Of a DNA stretch of 64,000 bases, positions 49,681-59,300 are shown one piece after another. The stretch comes from Phycisphaerae bacterium (GTDB taxonomy: Bacteria > Planctomycetota > Phycisphaerae > UBA1845): contig CAXXGO010000003.1 in the NCBI GenBank assembly GCA_963666835.2, positions 608,001 through 672,000 of the forward strand, in the 5' to 3' direction. A model generated the notes under the pieces. That model searched no databases and was not told where the DNA came from. It saw only the letters and a list, made by a program, of their open reading frames with translations. Every line of letters starts with the position of its first letter. Position 1 is the first letter of the stretch. A program made the position numbers and the translations under genes.

Positions 49681-51204
49681 TCACGCACCGGTGAACCCCC
49701 GCTGAAACTCAGCGAAGTCGGCGAGGTCCACGTCGCCATCATCATCGGCGTCGAGGCACCGGCACTCCGACGAATAGACCGGCGGATCCTGGGGACCAAG
49801 CGGACCCACCATACACTCGGGATAAGCCTGCGAATCCTCCAAGTTCACCTGCTCGTCGCCGTTAATATCCCCTATTACTAAGCACTCCACACATACATCA
49901 GCGTCCTCACTACAGAACGGTAGCGATTGATCGTCACACGGATAACTTCCCGGCTGACATACACCGGCGCCATCGCACGTTTCTTCGCCATTGCAGAACA
50001 GAGCATCGTGGCATGGGGTTCCCGCAGGTTCAACGTTAACCAGGCATACTCCGCCCCCGTCGCAGGTGTCCGGATCATCACAAACCGTATCGATCGAGTC
50101 GCCGCACGAGGTACCGGCCGGTTCGAAAGCGTCCTCCGGACACGCGCCAAGCCCGTCGCAATATTCGGCAACGTCGCATTCCCCGGCGTCCGCTCGGCAC
50201 TCCGTCGTAGTCGGCGCGAAGTTCTCCACGCACAGCCCGGCACCATCGCAGGTGTCCGGATCATCACAAACCGTATCGATCGAGTCGCCGCACGAAGTGC
50301 CCGTGGGTTCCGGCGTGTTCATACAAGATCCGGCTCCATCGTTCCCGTCGGGGTCACACCAATCCGCTGTACAATCATTCTCATCATCGCACGTAGGCGG
50401 CGTACCGGGTTGGCATACCCCCCCATCGCAACCTTCCACCCCGTTGCATAACTGCCCGTCACCGCAATCCAACTGGCTGCACCCACAACCGTCCGGATTG
50501 ACCGCCTCCCCGTCAGGAGTCCCCGGACAAAGATCGAAACAGTTCTCAACACCATCCTCGTCATCGTCTCCCGGTTCACCGCCGCAGATGCGAAGCGAGA
50601 TAGCTCCGAACTGCCCCGTCACATCCTGCCCGAGGTAATCGCCTCCATACACATGCGATCTCGATGACGCTCCCAGAATCTCCGCAATACTGACCTGTGC
50701 CGCTTCGGTTTCCTCAAGCGCCGCAAACAGAAACGTAGTCACATGCAGGCCCTGCGGGCTTGCGATCGCATAATCTCCGAAACCCGACCAGGCTTGATAG
50801 AACGCATCCCCGTCATCAAACGTGTCGTTCAATCCGTCCTGAGCGGAGTCGTCCGGGAATCCCGAAGATAGCCAAACATAAGGCCCGTCATTCCTGACCG
50901 CGAGCAGTTCCAGGTATTCGGCATCCCATTGCACGGCCACGTCGATAGCCGCGATCGCCTGATCCTCGGCCGTGTCCGTTCGGGCGACCAACCGCACCTC
51001 GAAGACCTCACCGACGTACGCCCAGTCTGATACAGGCTCCCAAAGCAGATCGACCATCGGGTCTTCCGCCCGGTTCGGAACCGAAGTGGCCCCCTCCGAC
51101 CATGGCCGGCCTGCATTCGCTGCAGCACCGGCCCCTGCGCCCTGCCCAAATAACGAAGTGAAGGCTCCAACTATGAGCAAGAAAACAAAGTGTGGACGAG
51201 CCAT
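49681..51204 (-). CDS. Secreted non-catalytic protein: cohesin-like domain, TSP3/Cys-rich repeats, C-terminal dockerin-like EF-hand pair
   Basis: Signal peptide; VGEVFEVRLVA...IAAIDVAVQWDAEYLELL...VTTFLFAAL beta-sandwich; DDDEDGVENCFDLCPGTP; GDINGDEQVNLED and DADDDGDVDLADFAEFQRGF. Confidence 0.75.
   Translation of the reverse strand: MARPHFVFLLIVGAFTSLFGQGAGAGAAANAGRPWSEGATSVPNRAEDPMVDLLWEPVSDWAYVGEVFEVRLVARTDTAEDQAIAAIDVAVQWDAEYLELLAVRNDGPYVWLSSGFPDDSAQDGLNDTFDDGDAFYQAWSGFGDYAIASPQGLHVTTFLFAALEETEAAQVSIAEILGASSRSHVYGGDYLGQDVTGQFGAISLRICGGEPGDDDEDGVENCFDLCPGTPDGEAVNPDGCGCSQLDCGDGQLCNGVEGCDGGVCQPGTPPTCDDENDCTADWCDPDGNDGAGSCMNTPEPTGTSCGDSIDTVCDDPDTCDGAGLCVENFAPTTTECRADAGECDVAEYCDGLGACPEDAFEPAGTSCGDSIDTVCDDPDTCDGGGVCLVNVEPAGTPCHDALFCNGEETCDGAGVCQPGSYPCDDQSLPFCSEDADVCVECLVIGDINGDEQVNLEDSQAYPECMVGPLGPQDPPVYSSECRCLDADDDGDVDLADFAEFQRGFTGA
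50060..50295. repeat. Exact 50-bp direct repeat (50060-50109 and 50246-50295) encoding SCGDSIDTVCDDPDTC
   Basis: TCGCAGGTGTCCGGATCATCACAAACCGTATCGATCGAGTCGCCGCACGA occurs twice, offset by 186 bp. Confidence 0.9.
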
Positions 51205-51420
51205 AGTGTTTTGTCCCCTCTTGTTGCCGTCTGTATGAACCCTTCCCGTCTCGGCGGTCCGTACGGGGGAATCGCAACCTCAACCATCTCCGTCGCACCG
51301 AACGCACGATGCAATTAGACGTAAGCCAACCGGCGGGCTCCGTATCCGACCTTCCCCTTGCCGCCTCCGAACAGCGCCCGATGCATTCCGGCGGTACCCG
51401 GAAATGCAATGACGCATACC

Positions 51421-51466
51421 GGCGACGCCGCCCGGTGACTTAACTTCTGCCACCGGGCGGCTCGCC
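51421..51466 (-). terminator. GC-rich stem-loop downstream of the giant protease gene (terminator or mRNA-stabilising hairpin)
   Basis: GGCGA-C-GCCGCCCGGTG...CACCGGGCGGC-TCGCC inverted repeat 50 nt past the stop; no strong U-tract. Confidence 0.5.
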
Positions 51467-51516
51467 TCGCTCACCTACTAGCTATCTCGCGATAGCCACG
51501 CGCTCGCCCTTTTTCA

Positions 51517-54500
51517 CTACTGGCGCGGGCGAACCGGCTTGATCCTCTTGGCCGGCGTTACATTCTCGATCAGCACTGCCTGTTCCAGCATGATGTCCTG
51601 GAACCTATCGGGCAGCTCGATATTGCGGCCTTGGCTGAACAACGCCATGTCGGCAACATCAAGGACCCCGTTCCCGTCAAGATCCGCCGCGACTGCGGCC
51701 GCCATACCGATATTCTCGGCAACCTCCTCGACGGTGGCGCTGGCCCTGCCCTTTCTCGTAACGCGCGGCTGTCTGACGGACGAGATAGTGACCTCCCCGT
51801 CATGCACCAGAGCCGGCTTCGTTGAACCACTCACACCGTCGACTCCGTCCACTGTGTAGGCAAGTGCCGGACAGCACTCATCCACATTGTCCCCGAACTT
51901 CAGGAAGTTGAACAGGATGCAGAGGAAGTCGCTCGTGGTTACCTGGTCGTCGCAGTCGAAGTTGGCGTCATAGGGGCCCGACCATGGAGGCGACAAATCC
52001 GCCCCCGAACACGCGCCGGCAACCGGCCCCCACCAATTCATATACTGCGTAAACAGGATCGCGTAGTCGTTGATGTCGACCACGTTATCGTTGTTGACGT
52101 CCCCGCACAGCAAGCGGTCGTTCCTGACAATCTCCGCGGTGAACTGTCCGTCCACTACTGCCAGAGAGACGGTCGAGGCCAGTGTATGAAGTTCATCCTT
52201 GGCATTGATGAAACGCCACGAACCGTACGGCACATTATGGATGGTGAAATCGGCCAGCCCGTTAACGAAATCAAGCTGTTCCTCGAAGGTGAACTCGACT
52301 CCGGCTCCCTCGCACGGGTCACAACTACGGAGCACGAAACTGATGCAACGCCTGGGCTCGCACTCGCCGCTCAGGTTAGTCGCTTCCGACCTGATCGTCA
52401 GATCCAGAGTGTACAGCTCGTCATCCGTAACCTCCACGGTCTGACTGCAGCAGGCTTCATTGGGCGGATTAGCATCGTCCTTAGCACACCACGTCAGGGT
52501 GGTCGTACCCACAGGATAGGAGTCACTCCAGCAATCCTCGCCATCGTCCCGCGTGCACGAAACCGTGCAGACGCCGCAATTATCCGTACAAGTTGCCATG
52601 CCCGGATCGACCGTAGCAAAGCACTCGCCCGGATCGGCCCTTTGCGTCACATCCGGCGGACACATCGGCACCGGCGGTTCGTCGTCGGTTATCGTAACCG
52701 TCTGCTCACAACCAGCAGAGTTCCCGGCAGGATCCGTGGCCGTCCAGGTTAGCGTAGTCACCCCGACAGGATATGGATCATCCGGATCCTCTCCGCAATA
52801 CCCGCCGTCGCTGCGTACGCACGTTACCGTACACTCGCAATTATCCTCGCACGTCGCCATACTCGCATCGACCGTGGCGAAGCACTCGCCCGGATCAGCC
52901 GTATGATCCACGTCCGGCGAACAGGTGATTCTCGGAGGCTCGTCGTCGGTTATCGTAACCGTCTGCTCACAACTAGCAGAGTTTCCGGAAGGATCGGTGG
53001 CCGTCCAGGTTAGCGTTGTCACCCCGACAGGATACGGATCATCCGGATCCTCTCCGCAATACCCACCGTCGCTACGTACGCACGTTACCGTACACTTGCA
53101 GTTATCCTCGCACGTGGCCATGCCCGCATCGACCGTGGCGTAGCACTCGCCCGGATCAGCCGTGTGCTCCACATCCGGCGGACAGGTAATTGTCGGAGGT
53201 TCGTCGTCGGTTATCGTAACCGTCTGCTCACAACTAGCTGAGTTTCCGGCAGGATCGGTGGCCGTCCAGGTTAACGTAGTCACCCCGACCGGATACGGAT
53301 CATCCGGACCCTCTCCGCAGTACCCGCCGTCGTCACGCATACAGGTTAGCCAACACTCGCCGCAGTTATCCTCGCACGTCGCCATGCCCGCATCGACCGT
53401 GGCGTAGCACTCGCCCGGATCAGCCGTATGATCCACGTCCGGCGGACAGGTGATTCTCGGAGGCTCGTCGTCGGTTATCGTAACCGTCTGCTCACAACTA
53501 GCAGAGTTTCCGGAAGGATCGGTGGCCGTCCAGGTTAGCGTAGTCACCCCGACAGGATACGGATCATCCGGACCCTCTCCACACTTCCCGCCGTCGTCAC
53601 GCACGCACGTCACCGTACACTCGCAGTTGTCTTCGCACGTCGCCATGGCCGCATCGACCGTAGCGTAGCACTCGCCCGGATCAGCCGTATGATCCACGTC
53701 CGGCGGACAGATGATTCTCGGAGGTTCGTCATCGGTCACCGTAACCGCCTGCTCGCAACTAGCCGAGTTTCCGGACGGATCGGTGGCCGTCCAGGTCAGC
53801 GTGGTCACCCCGACACGATACGGATCATCCGAACCCTCTCCGCACTGCCCACCGTCGCTGCGTACGCAGCTCACCGTGCATTTACAGTTATCCTCACACG
53901 TGGCCATGCCGGGGTCGATCTTCGCAAAACACTCGCCCGGATCAGCCGTTTGGGTCACATCCGGCGGACAGATGATTCTCGGATTCTCGTCGTCGGTTAT
54001 CGTGACCGTCTGCTCACAACTAGCCGAGTTCTCAGACGAATCGGTGGCCGTCCAGGTTAGCGTTGTCACACCTACGTCATAGGGATCGTCCGGCCCCTCT
54101 CCACAGTACCCGCCGTCGCTGCGCACGCAGCTTACCGTGCATTCATTACAGTTATCCTCGCACGTGGCCATGCCCGCATCGACCCTGGCGAAGCACTCGC
54201 CCGGATCAGCCGTATGAGTTACATCCTCCGGACAATGCGGCACCGGGGGCTCGTCATCGGTTACCGTCACCGTATACGAGCAGGAGGCCGAGTTCGCGGA
54301 AGGATCCGTCGCCGTACATCTAATCGTGGTAACACCTACCGGGTATGGATCATCCAAATCCTTCCCATCGTCACGCACGCAGGTTACGTCACACTCGCAG
54401 TTGTCCTCGCACGTTGCCGTGCCGGGACCGACTACCGCTGAGCACTCGCCCGGATCAGCCGTTTGCGTTATATCATCATCCGGACAATGCGGCACCGGAG

Positions 54501-57500
54501 GTTCGTCATCGGTCACCGTCACCGTATACGAGCAAGACGCCGAGTTCTCGGAAGGATCCGTCGCCGTACATCTAATCATGGTAACACCTACCGGATATGG
54601 ATCATCCAAATCCTCCCCATCGTCACGCACGCAGGTTACGTCACACTCGCAGTTGTCCTCGCACGTTGCCGTGCCGGGATCAACTACCGCTGAGCACTCG
54701 CCCGGATCAGCCGTTTGCGTTATATCATCCGGACAATACGGCACCGGGGGTTCGTCATCGGTTACCGTCACCGTATACGAGCAAGACGCCGAGTTCCCGG
54801 GAGGATCCGTCGCCGTACAGGTAATCGTGGTAACACCTACCGGATACGGATCATCCAAATCCTCCCCATCGTCACGCACGCAGGTTACCGAACACTCGTC
54901 GCAGTTGTCCCTACAAGTTGGCGTGCCGGGATCAATCGTAGCGAAGCACTCGTCCGGATCAGCCGTTTGCGTGACGTCATCTGGACAATCGGGCACCGGG
55001 GGCTCGTCATCGGTCACCGTCACCGTCTGCTCACAACTAGCCGAGTTCCCAGACGGATCGGTAGCCGTCCAGGTTAGCGTGGTCAGACCGACCGGATACG
55101 CATCGCTCCAGCAGTCCAACCCGTCAACCCGGGCACACGTCACGGTGCATTCGCCACAGTTGTCCACACACGTTGCCATGCCCGGATCGACCACTGCTCC
55201 ACACGCACCGGGGTCGTTTGTCGTTGGTACGTCTTCCGGGCACGCGACGCTCGGCGTTTCGGTGTCGACCACAATCACACATTGGATATGCACTGCTTCG
55301 TTGCCCGCACAATCGACAGCCTTCCACTCGATACACGTTGCGTTCGGCCCACATGCGTCGGTACACCAAGCCGGCAGATCATCCGCTGGTTTTACCGGAT
55401 ACGGCGCATCCAGCGATAGGTCATCCGCTCGTATCGGCGGGTATATCTCGCACAATCCGCAACCGTCGCTCTCCGCAGTTTTGGCATCCTCCACCGTACA
55501 CGGCAGCAACCCGACCACTGCACTGCACTCACCGGGATCATTGGGAACAGCCCCAATGTCCGGGCAGTCGAATACCGGCGGCTTGTCGTCCACCGTAATC
55601 GCAATATGGTCGCCCAACTCCGGGTAGTCCGGCGTACCGAGGTAATCCGACAGTTGCGTTGCCGGAACGCTCGTTTCATCGAACTCAATCACACCATCGC
55701 CCTGTCCTCTTAGTGCCGGATCAAGCGGATACGGCACGATCGTCCTGAAGTAGATCGTCGCCATCGTGTGGTCTTCCGCCGAAGGGGTCCCTCCAAGAGG
55801 CAAGCCCACCGCGTAGGCAATCTTGCCCACACAGTCGTTTTCCGTCACCGTCTGGTAGATCTCGTGCGAGAAGGGCGATTCCCCGTCGCCCTCGCACGGC
55901 CCTACGCCGGAACCAGCCCCAGGATCGGGATGATCGCCCGGCGCCATCCCTTTGAACTCCAGCAAGCACGAATCGTACTTCAGGAAGAACTGCCCGCCGA
56001 TCATCGCCTGGCCATCGAGGTTGCTGACCTCGACAGTAACGCACACGTCCTGCTCGCTCTGGAAGCAACCATCCTCGGCATGAAGCACCAGGTCCAGGTT
56101 GCCGCAGTTTTCCGGATCAGACATGCACGTGTCGAAATCCTCGTCGCAGTCTTTCGTGCAGTCGATGCCGTCATCACAAGGCAGCGTGCCTGCCACGCAG
56201 CCCACCGCCGGATCGCACAACTCCTCCCCGTTGCAGAAGAAACCGTCGTCACATGCCGCGTCGTCCGGAACGTGATAGCACGACTCGGTCGCTTCGTCAC
56301 ACCCGTCAATCGTACACGCAATACCGTCGTCGCAGTCGACCGCCTCACCTTCCACGCAACCGGCCTCGGCGTCGCACAACTCCACTCCATCGCAATAGAC
56401 TCCGTCCTGACACAACTCGTGATGCGGGTAATGCTCACATTTGTGCGTCACCTCGTTACATATGTCGCTCGTGCACTCGATACCATCAGCGCAATCGGCA
56501 TCGGCAGCGCACTCGAACAGCACAACCGCAATCGACCGTGTTCCGCCGTCGAGCGACTCGACGATGATAGAGCCCTCGTATTGTGCTGCCGGCGCCGTCG
56601 GGATCGCCACTGACGCTATCACCGCCTGCTCGCCCCCTACCGCCACATCGAAGTCATTCACATCAAAACTTACGCTCGCCCCCGGGATCGTATCATCCGC
56701 CCCAACCAGATCCGTGGCGTACATGCTCACCAAATGCAACATATCGTCATTGCCTAGTTCATGCACGGCGAAGGGCAGCTCTACCACCGTATCCGGCACG
56801 ACCAATGCCTCCACCTGTTCGGGCGTCACCATTAGCACCGGCAAACCCAATAAGTCCTCGTACAGGAGCGTGAGCCCCCCTTCCATCGCGGTTACGGTCA
56901 CGTGCATGCCCAGGTGATCCCCGGGGACAACGTCCCCGGCCCAATTATGGCTCGTCACTACGTCACCGTCTTGAAGCCCGCTAGCCGTAAGCTCAAAGGC
57001 ACCGGCGCTCGTCCCCACAAGCTCGACGCGGTAACTCCCGGCCGCGAGCTGTGGTAGATGGATTGCCTGTCGGATGTCGTCCGGCAGTGGGTAGGCAAAG
57101 GGCACCTCGTTGTCGCCGGCATCCAGCAGTCTGAATGTGCCTCCCGGAATCTCTGACTCCAGCGTGTTCGTCGCATAGTCAACACCCACGTGCCGACCCT
57201 GTCCGTCGTAGATGTGTACGTCAGCGTGGGAAGCCAGGATTAGCGACATGCTTAGATCGGCCCCGGGTGGTAGGGTTCGCGTTTGCAGCGCCATGATGGC
57301 CCAGCACGTGCTCATCTCCGCGCCCATCATGCCTGTATCCGGCCAACTTCCGTCGTCCTGTTGCTCGGTCGCCAGCAAGGCGGACAGCTCCGCAAACCAA
57401 TCATGCACGCCCAATTGCACCTTGTGCGTCATCACCATCGCCTTGGCGAAAGTCACCTTGTAGTAATACTCCGACCAGTACCCCCATCCGTCGTTGTTCG

Positions 57501-59136
57501 TCAGGCTGTAGTTGTCGGTCAACCATTGGATGCCCCCCAGGACTCGGGGATCACCAGATGGTATGTTACACAGCGTGTAGCTCCAGACCGACGCCGCCGT
57601 CATCGTATGAATCGAACCGCCGCCGCTCGGCGTATAGTAGCTGCCACCATCCGCGCGGCGACACCGATCCAGAAAAGTCAGCGCCTTGACGTACGTATCC
57701 GTGGCCTGCAATTCTAGTTCGTTATCGCCCGCCTTGAGACCCATTAACGCCCACTGTGTGTTCGATAAGTCCGGCCTGGTCGAGTTACCGTATCCGAACC
57801 CGCCATAGTACGAATGACTCGGCCCAACACTCCCGTAGAAACAGCTCTCATCCCATTGAGATCCGACGAGCCATGTCCGCATTGCGGCGATCTCATCGTG
57901 GTAATCCGGGTTATGTGTTGCTACGAGGGGTAATATGGCGATCGAAGTATAGTACGTGTACCTATGGCTCTGGTTATGAACACTCCCATCGCCATTAATC
58001 CGCGACAGTACGTACGCCAGCCCCTCCGCTACATCCGGATCATCCTCACCATATCCGGCGTTAAGCATCGACAAGACAGCAAAGGATGTTACTGCCGGAT
58101 CACTGAGCCAGGAACCGTCTGCACCCTGCCACTGGCGGAGGTACGTAATCCCACGCGCGATCGGTCCCTGCGGATAAAGCAAGCGCATTACGTTTATGTC
58201 GCCATCACTCAAATGGTCTCGCTGGCCGATCGGACTGCCTGCGACAATCGTCCGGCCACCATTTGTGCATCTTTCATCGTTGGGGCATCCTCCACAGGTC
58301 GAAAAAGCACATTCCCCATAGTGCATGATAGAGTCATAGTCATAAGGCCCATGAGCCGTAGATGTGGCTACAATTGCAAAATTATGATCACACGAGCCAC
58401 CATCGCAGCAGTCCTGACATATATTATCCCAGTCGACTGTCACAAACGTATCGCGGTCCGTCCTTGACTGCTCATGCCAGATTCCAAGCGCATGGGCTAA
58501 TTCGTGCGCTATCGTAAACTCGCGCCCCCAATTGTGAATTCCGATGTCCTGCCTGCCATTGATCATCCCAACAAAAGACCAATTGCCCGGAGAGTCTACG
58601 ATATGCAAGTAGTCAGCATCGTCGGTGCGTGGACGGAACTCGACGCTCGCAACCGCTTCCCAAGTCGCCATCGCACCAAGCATTGCCGCCTGGTTGTCGG
58701 CGCTGACATTCTCGTCAAACTCGAACGGCACGACGCCGTCAGGCCAAAGACTGGGAGCAAAACAGCCCCGCGCGCCTACGGTTTCAAAGAACTCCTCCGG
58801 AACGACGATATCCCCTTCAACGATCACGCATCCCGGGGGAATACCCCAGCTGTCGTCGCAATCCAGAATGACGTTTGCTGGGTCTGGCGCAGTCGGCAAC
58901 GCCGCGGCCTCGTACAGCTCGTAACCCTCCTCTGGTGCCGGCCCTGTCGGCATGTAGATGCTGTGTGCGTCTTCGGCTGGGCTTGCGTTGTCGTACGAGA
59001 CCTCCTCGACCCCGCTAATCTGCGCAAATACCGGCTGGATCGTCCACATGAGGATGAGACAAACGACGGCCCGCCCCGCCGCCCTGCCCATCCAATGTCC
59101 TTTCGTGCCCATGCTAATCCTCACTGCTCGCCCCAT
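51517..59136 (-). CDS. 2539-aa secreted multidomain metalloprotease: pro-astacin (M12A) + prenyltransferase-like barrel + Cys-rich repeats + cohesin-like + 12 HYR repeats + dockerin-like
   Basis: Signal peptide ending VFA; EGDI pro-motif; LWPDGVVPF; HELAHALGIWHEQSRTDRD zinc motif; YDYDSIMHY Met-turn; QGADGSW/PDLSNTQW/QQDDGSW repeats; GGQFFLKYD cohesin-like block; YPVGVTTLTWTATD HYR units; GDVNNDNVVDIND. Confidence 0.9.
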   Translation of the reverse strand: MGRAVRISMGTKGHWMGRAAGRAVVCLILMWTIQPVFAQISGVEEVSYDNASPAEDAHSIYMPTGPAPEEGYELYEAAALPTAPDPANVILDCDDSWGIPPGCVIVEGDIVVPEEFFETVGARGCFAPSLWPDGVVPFEFDENVSADNQAAMLGAMATWEAVASVEFRPRTDDADYLHIVDSPGNWSFVGMINGRQDIGIHNWGREFTIAHELAHALGIWHEQSRTDRDTFVTVDWDNICQDCCDGGSCDHNFAIVATSTAHGPYDYDSIMHYGECAFSTCGGCPNDERCTNGGRTIVAGSPIGQRDHLSDGDINVMRLLYPQGPIARGITYLRQWQGADGSWLSDPAVTSFAVLSMLNAGYGEDDPDVAEGLAYVLSRINGDGSVHNQSHRYTYYTSIAILPLVATHNPDYHDEIAAMRTWLVGSQWDESCFYGSVGPSHSYYGGFGYGNSTRPDLSNTQWALMGLKAGDNELELQATDTYVKALTFLDRCRRADGGSYYTPSGGGSIHTMTAASVWSYTLCNIPSGDPRVLGGIQWLTDNYSLTNNDGWGYWSEYYYKVTFAKAMVMTHKVQLGVHDWFAELSALLATEQQDDGSWPDTGMMGAEMSTCWAIMALQTRTLPPGADLSMSLILASHADVHIYDGQGRHVGVDYATNTLESEIPGGTFRLLDAGDNEVPFAYPLPDDIRQAIHLPQLAAGSYRVELVGTSAGAFELTASGLQDGDVVTSHNWAGDVVPGDHLGMHVTVTAMEGGLTLLYEDLLGLPVLMVTPEQVEALVVPDTVVELPFAVHELGNDDMLHLVSMYATDLVGADDTIPGASVSFDVNDFDVAVGGEQAVIASVAIPTAPAAQYEGSIIVESLDGGTRSIAVVLFECAADADCADGIECTSDICNEVTHKCEHYPHHELCQDGVYCDGVELCDAEAGCVEGEAVDCDDGIACTIDGCDEATESCYHVPDDAACDDGFFCNGEELCDPAVGCVAGTLPCDDGIDCTKDCDEDFDTCMSDPENCGNLDLVLHAEDGCFQSEQDVCVTVEVSNLDGQAMIGGQFFLKYDSCLLEFKGMAPGDHPDPGAGSGVGPCEGDGESPFSHEIYQTVTENDCVGKIAYAVGLPLGGTPSAEDHTMATIYFRTIVPYPLDPALRGQGDGVIEFDETSVPATQLSDYLGTPDYPELGDHIAITVDDKPPVFDCPDIGAVPNDPGECSAVVGLLPCTVEDAKTAESDGCGLCEIYPPIRADDLSLDAPYPVKPADDLPAWCTDACGPNATCIEWKAVDCAGNEAVHIQCVIVVDTETPSVACPEDVPTTNDPGACGAVVDPGMATCVDNCGECTVTCARVDGLDCWSDAYPVGLTTLTWTATDPSGNSASCEQTVTVTDDEPPVPDCPDDVTQTADPDECFATIDPGTPTCRDNCDECSVTCVRDDGEDLDDPYPVGVTTITCTATDPPGNSASCSYTVTVTDDEPPVPYCPDDITQTADPGECSAVVDPGTATCEDNCECDVTCVRDDGEDLDDPYPVGVTMIRCTATDPSENSASCSYTVTVTDDEPPVPHCPDDDITQTADPGECSAVVGPGTATCEDNCECDVTCVRDDGKDLDDPYPVGVTTIRCTATDPSANSASCSYTVTVTDDEPPVPHCPEDVTHTADPGECFARVDAGMATCEDNCNECTVSCVRSDGGYCGEGPDDPYDVGVTTLTWTATDSSENSASCEQTVTITDDENPRIICPPDVTQTADPGECFAKIDPGMATCEDNCKCTVSCVRSDGGQCGEGSDDPYRVGVTTLTWTATDPSGNSASCEQAVTVTDDEPPRIICPPDVDHTADPGECYATVDAAMATCEDNCECTVTCVRDDGGKCGEGPDDPYPVGVTTLTWTATDPSGNSASCEQTVTITDDEPPRITCPPDVDHTADPGECYATVDAGMATCEDNCGECWLTCMRDDGGYCGEGPDDPYPVGVTTLTWTATDPAGNSASCEQTVTITDDEPPTITCPPDVEHTADPGECYATVDAGMATCEDNCKCTVTCVRSDGGYCGEDPDDPYPVGVTTLTWTATDPSGNSASCEQTVTITDDEPPRITCSPDVDHTADPGECFATVDASMATCEDNCECTVTCVRSDGGYCGEDPDDPYPVGVTTLTWTATDPAGNSAGCEQTVTITDDEPPVPMCPPDVTQRADPGECFATVDPGMATCTDNCGVCTVSCTRDDGEDCWSDSYPVGTTTLTWCAKDDANPPNEACCSQTVEVTDDELYTLDLTIRSEATNLSGECEPRRCISFVLRSCDPCEGAGVEFTFEEQLDFVNGLADFTIHNVPYGSWRFINAKDELHTLASTVSLAVVDGQFTAEIVRNDRLLCGDVNNDNVVDINDYAILFTQYMNWWGPVAGACSGADLSPPWSGPYDANFDCDDQVTTSDFLCILFNFLKFGDNVDECCPALAYTVDGVDGVSGSTKPALVHDGEVTISSVRQPRVTRKGRASATVEEVAENIGMAAAVAADLDGNGVLDVADMALFSQGRNIELPDRFQDIMLEQAVLIENVTPAKRIKPVRPRQ
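52420..55590 (-). repeat. Tandem array of 12 HYR-like units (about 250-265 bp each; the first is longer and divergent)
   Basis: Near-identical DNA repeats such as CACTCGCCCGGATCAGCCGT; protein unit DEPP..CP.D...ADPGEC...YPVG...TATD..GNSASC..TV. Confidence 0.92.
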
Positions 59137-59265
59137 GTCAAATCCCTCTCAATTGCGTTTTGTCTTGAAAGCGGCACACACTCGTAGCCACGCGGTTGGG
59201 CCGTACCAACTCGGTCTCTCGACCACCACGGGGCCACCCTTCCTCTAATAAGCAGAATCTAGCGC

Positions 59266-59295
59266 TTGACTTTCAGCCTTTGGGACAACTAGGAT
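59266..59295 (+). promoter_or_regulatory. Putative sigma70-type promoter
   Basis: TTGACT-N18-TAGGAT (5/6 and 4/6 matches to consensus). Confidence 0.35.
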
Positions 59296-59300
59296 TGGCG

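Noticed and set aside
54326..55627. 433-aa repetitive plus-strand ORF, and the periodic repeats as a possible CRISPR array
   Set aside because: Mirror of the HYR array; units are about 260-bp in-frame coding repeats without unique spacers, and no cas genes are present
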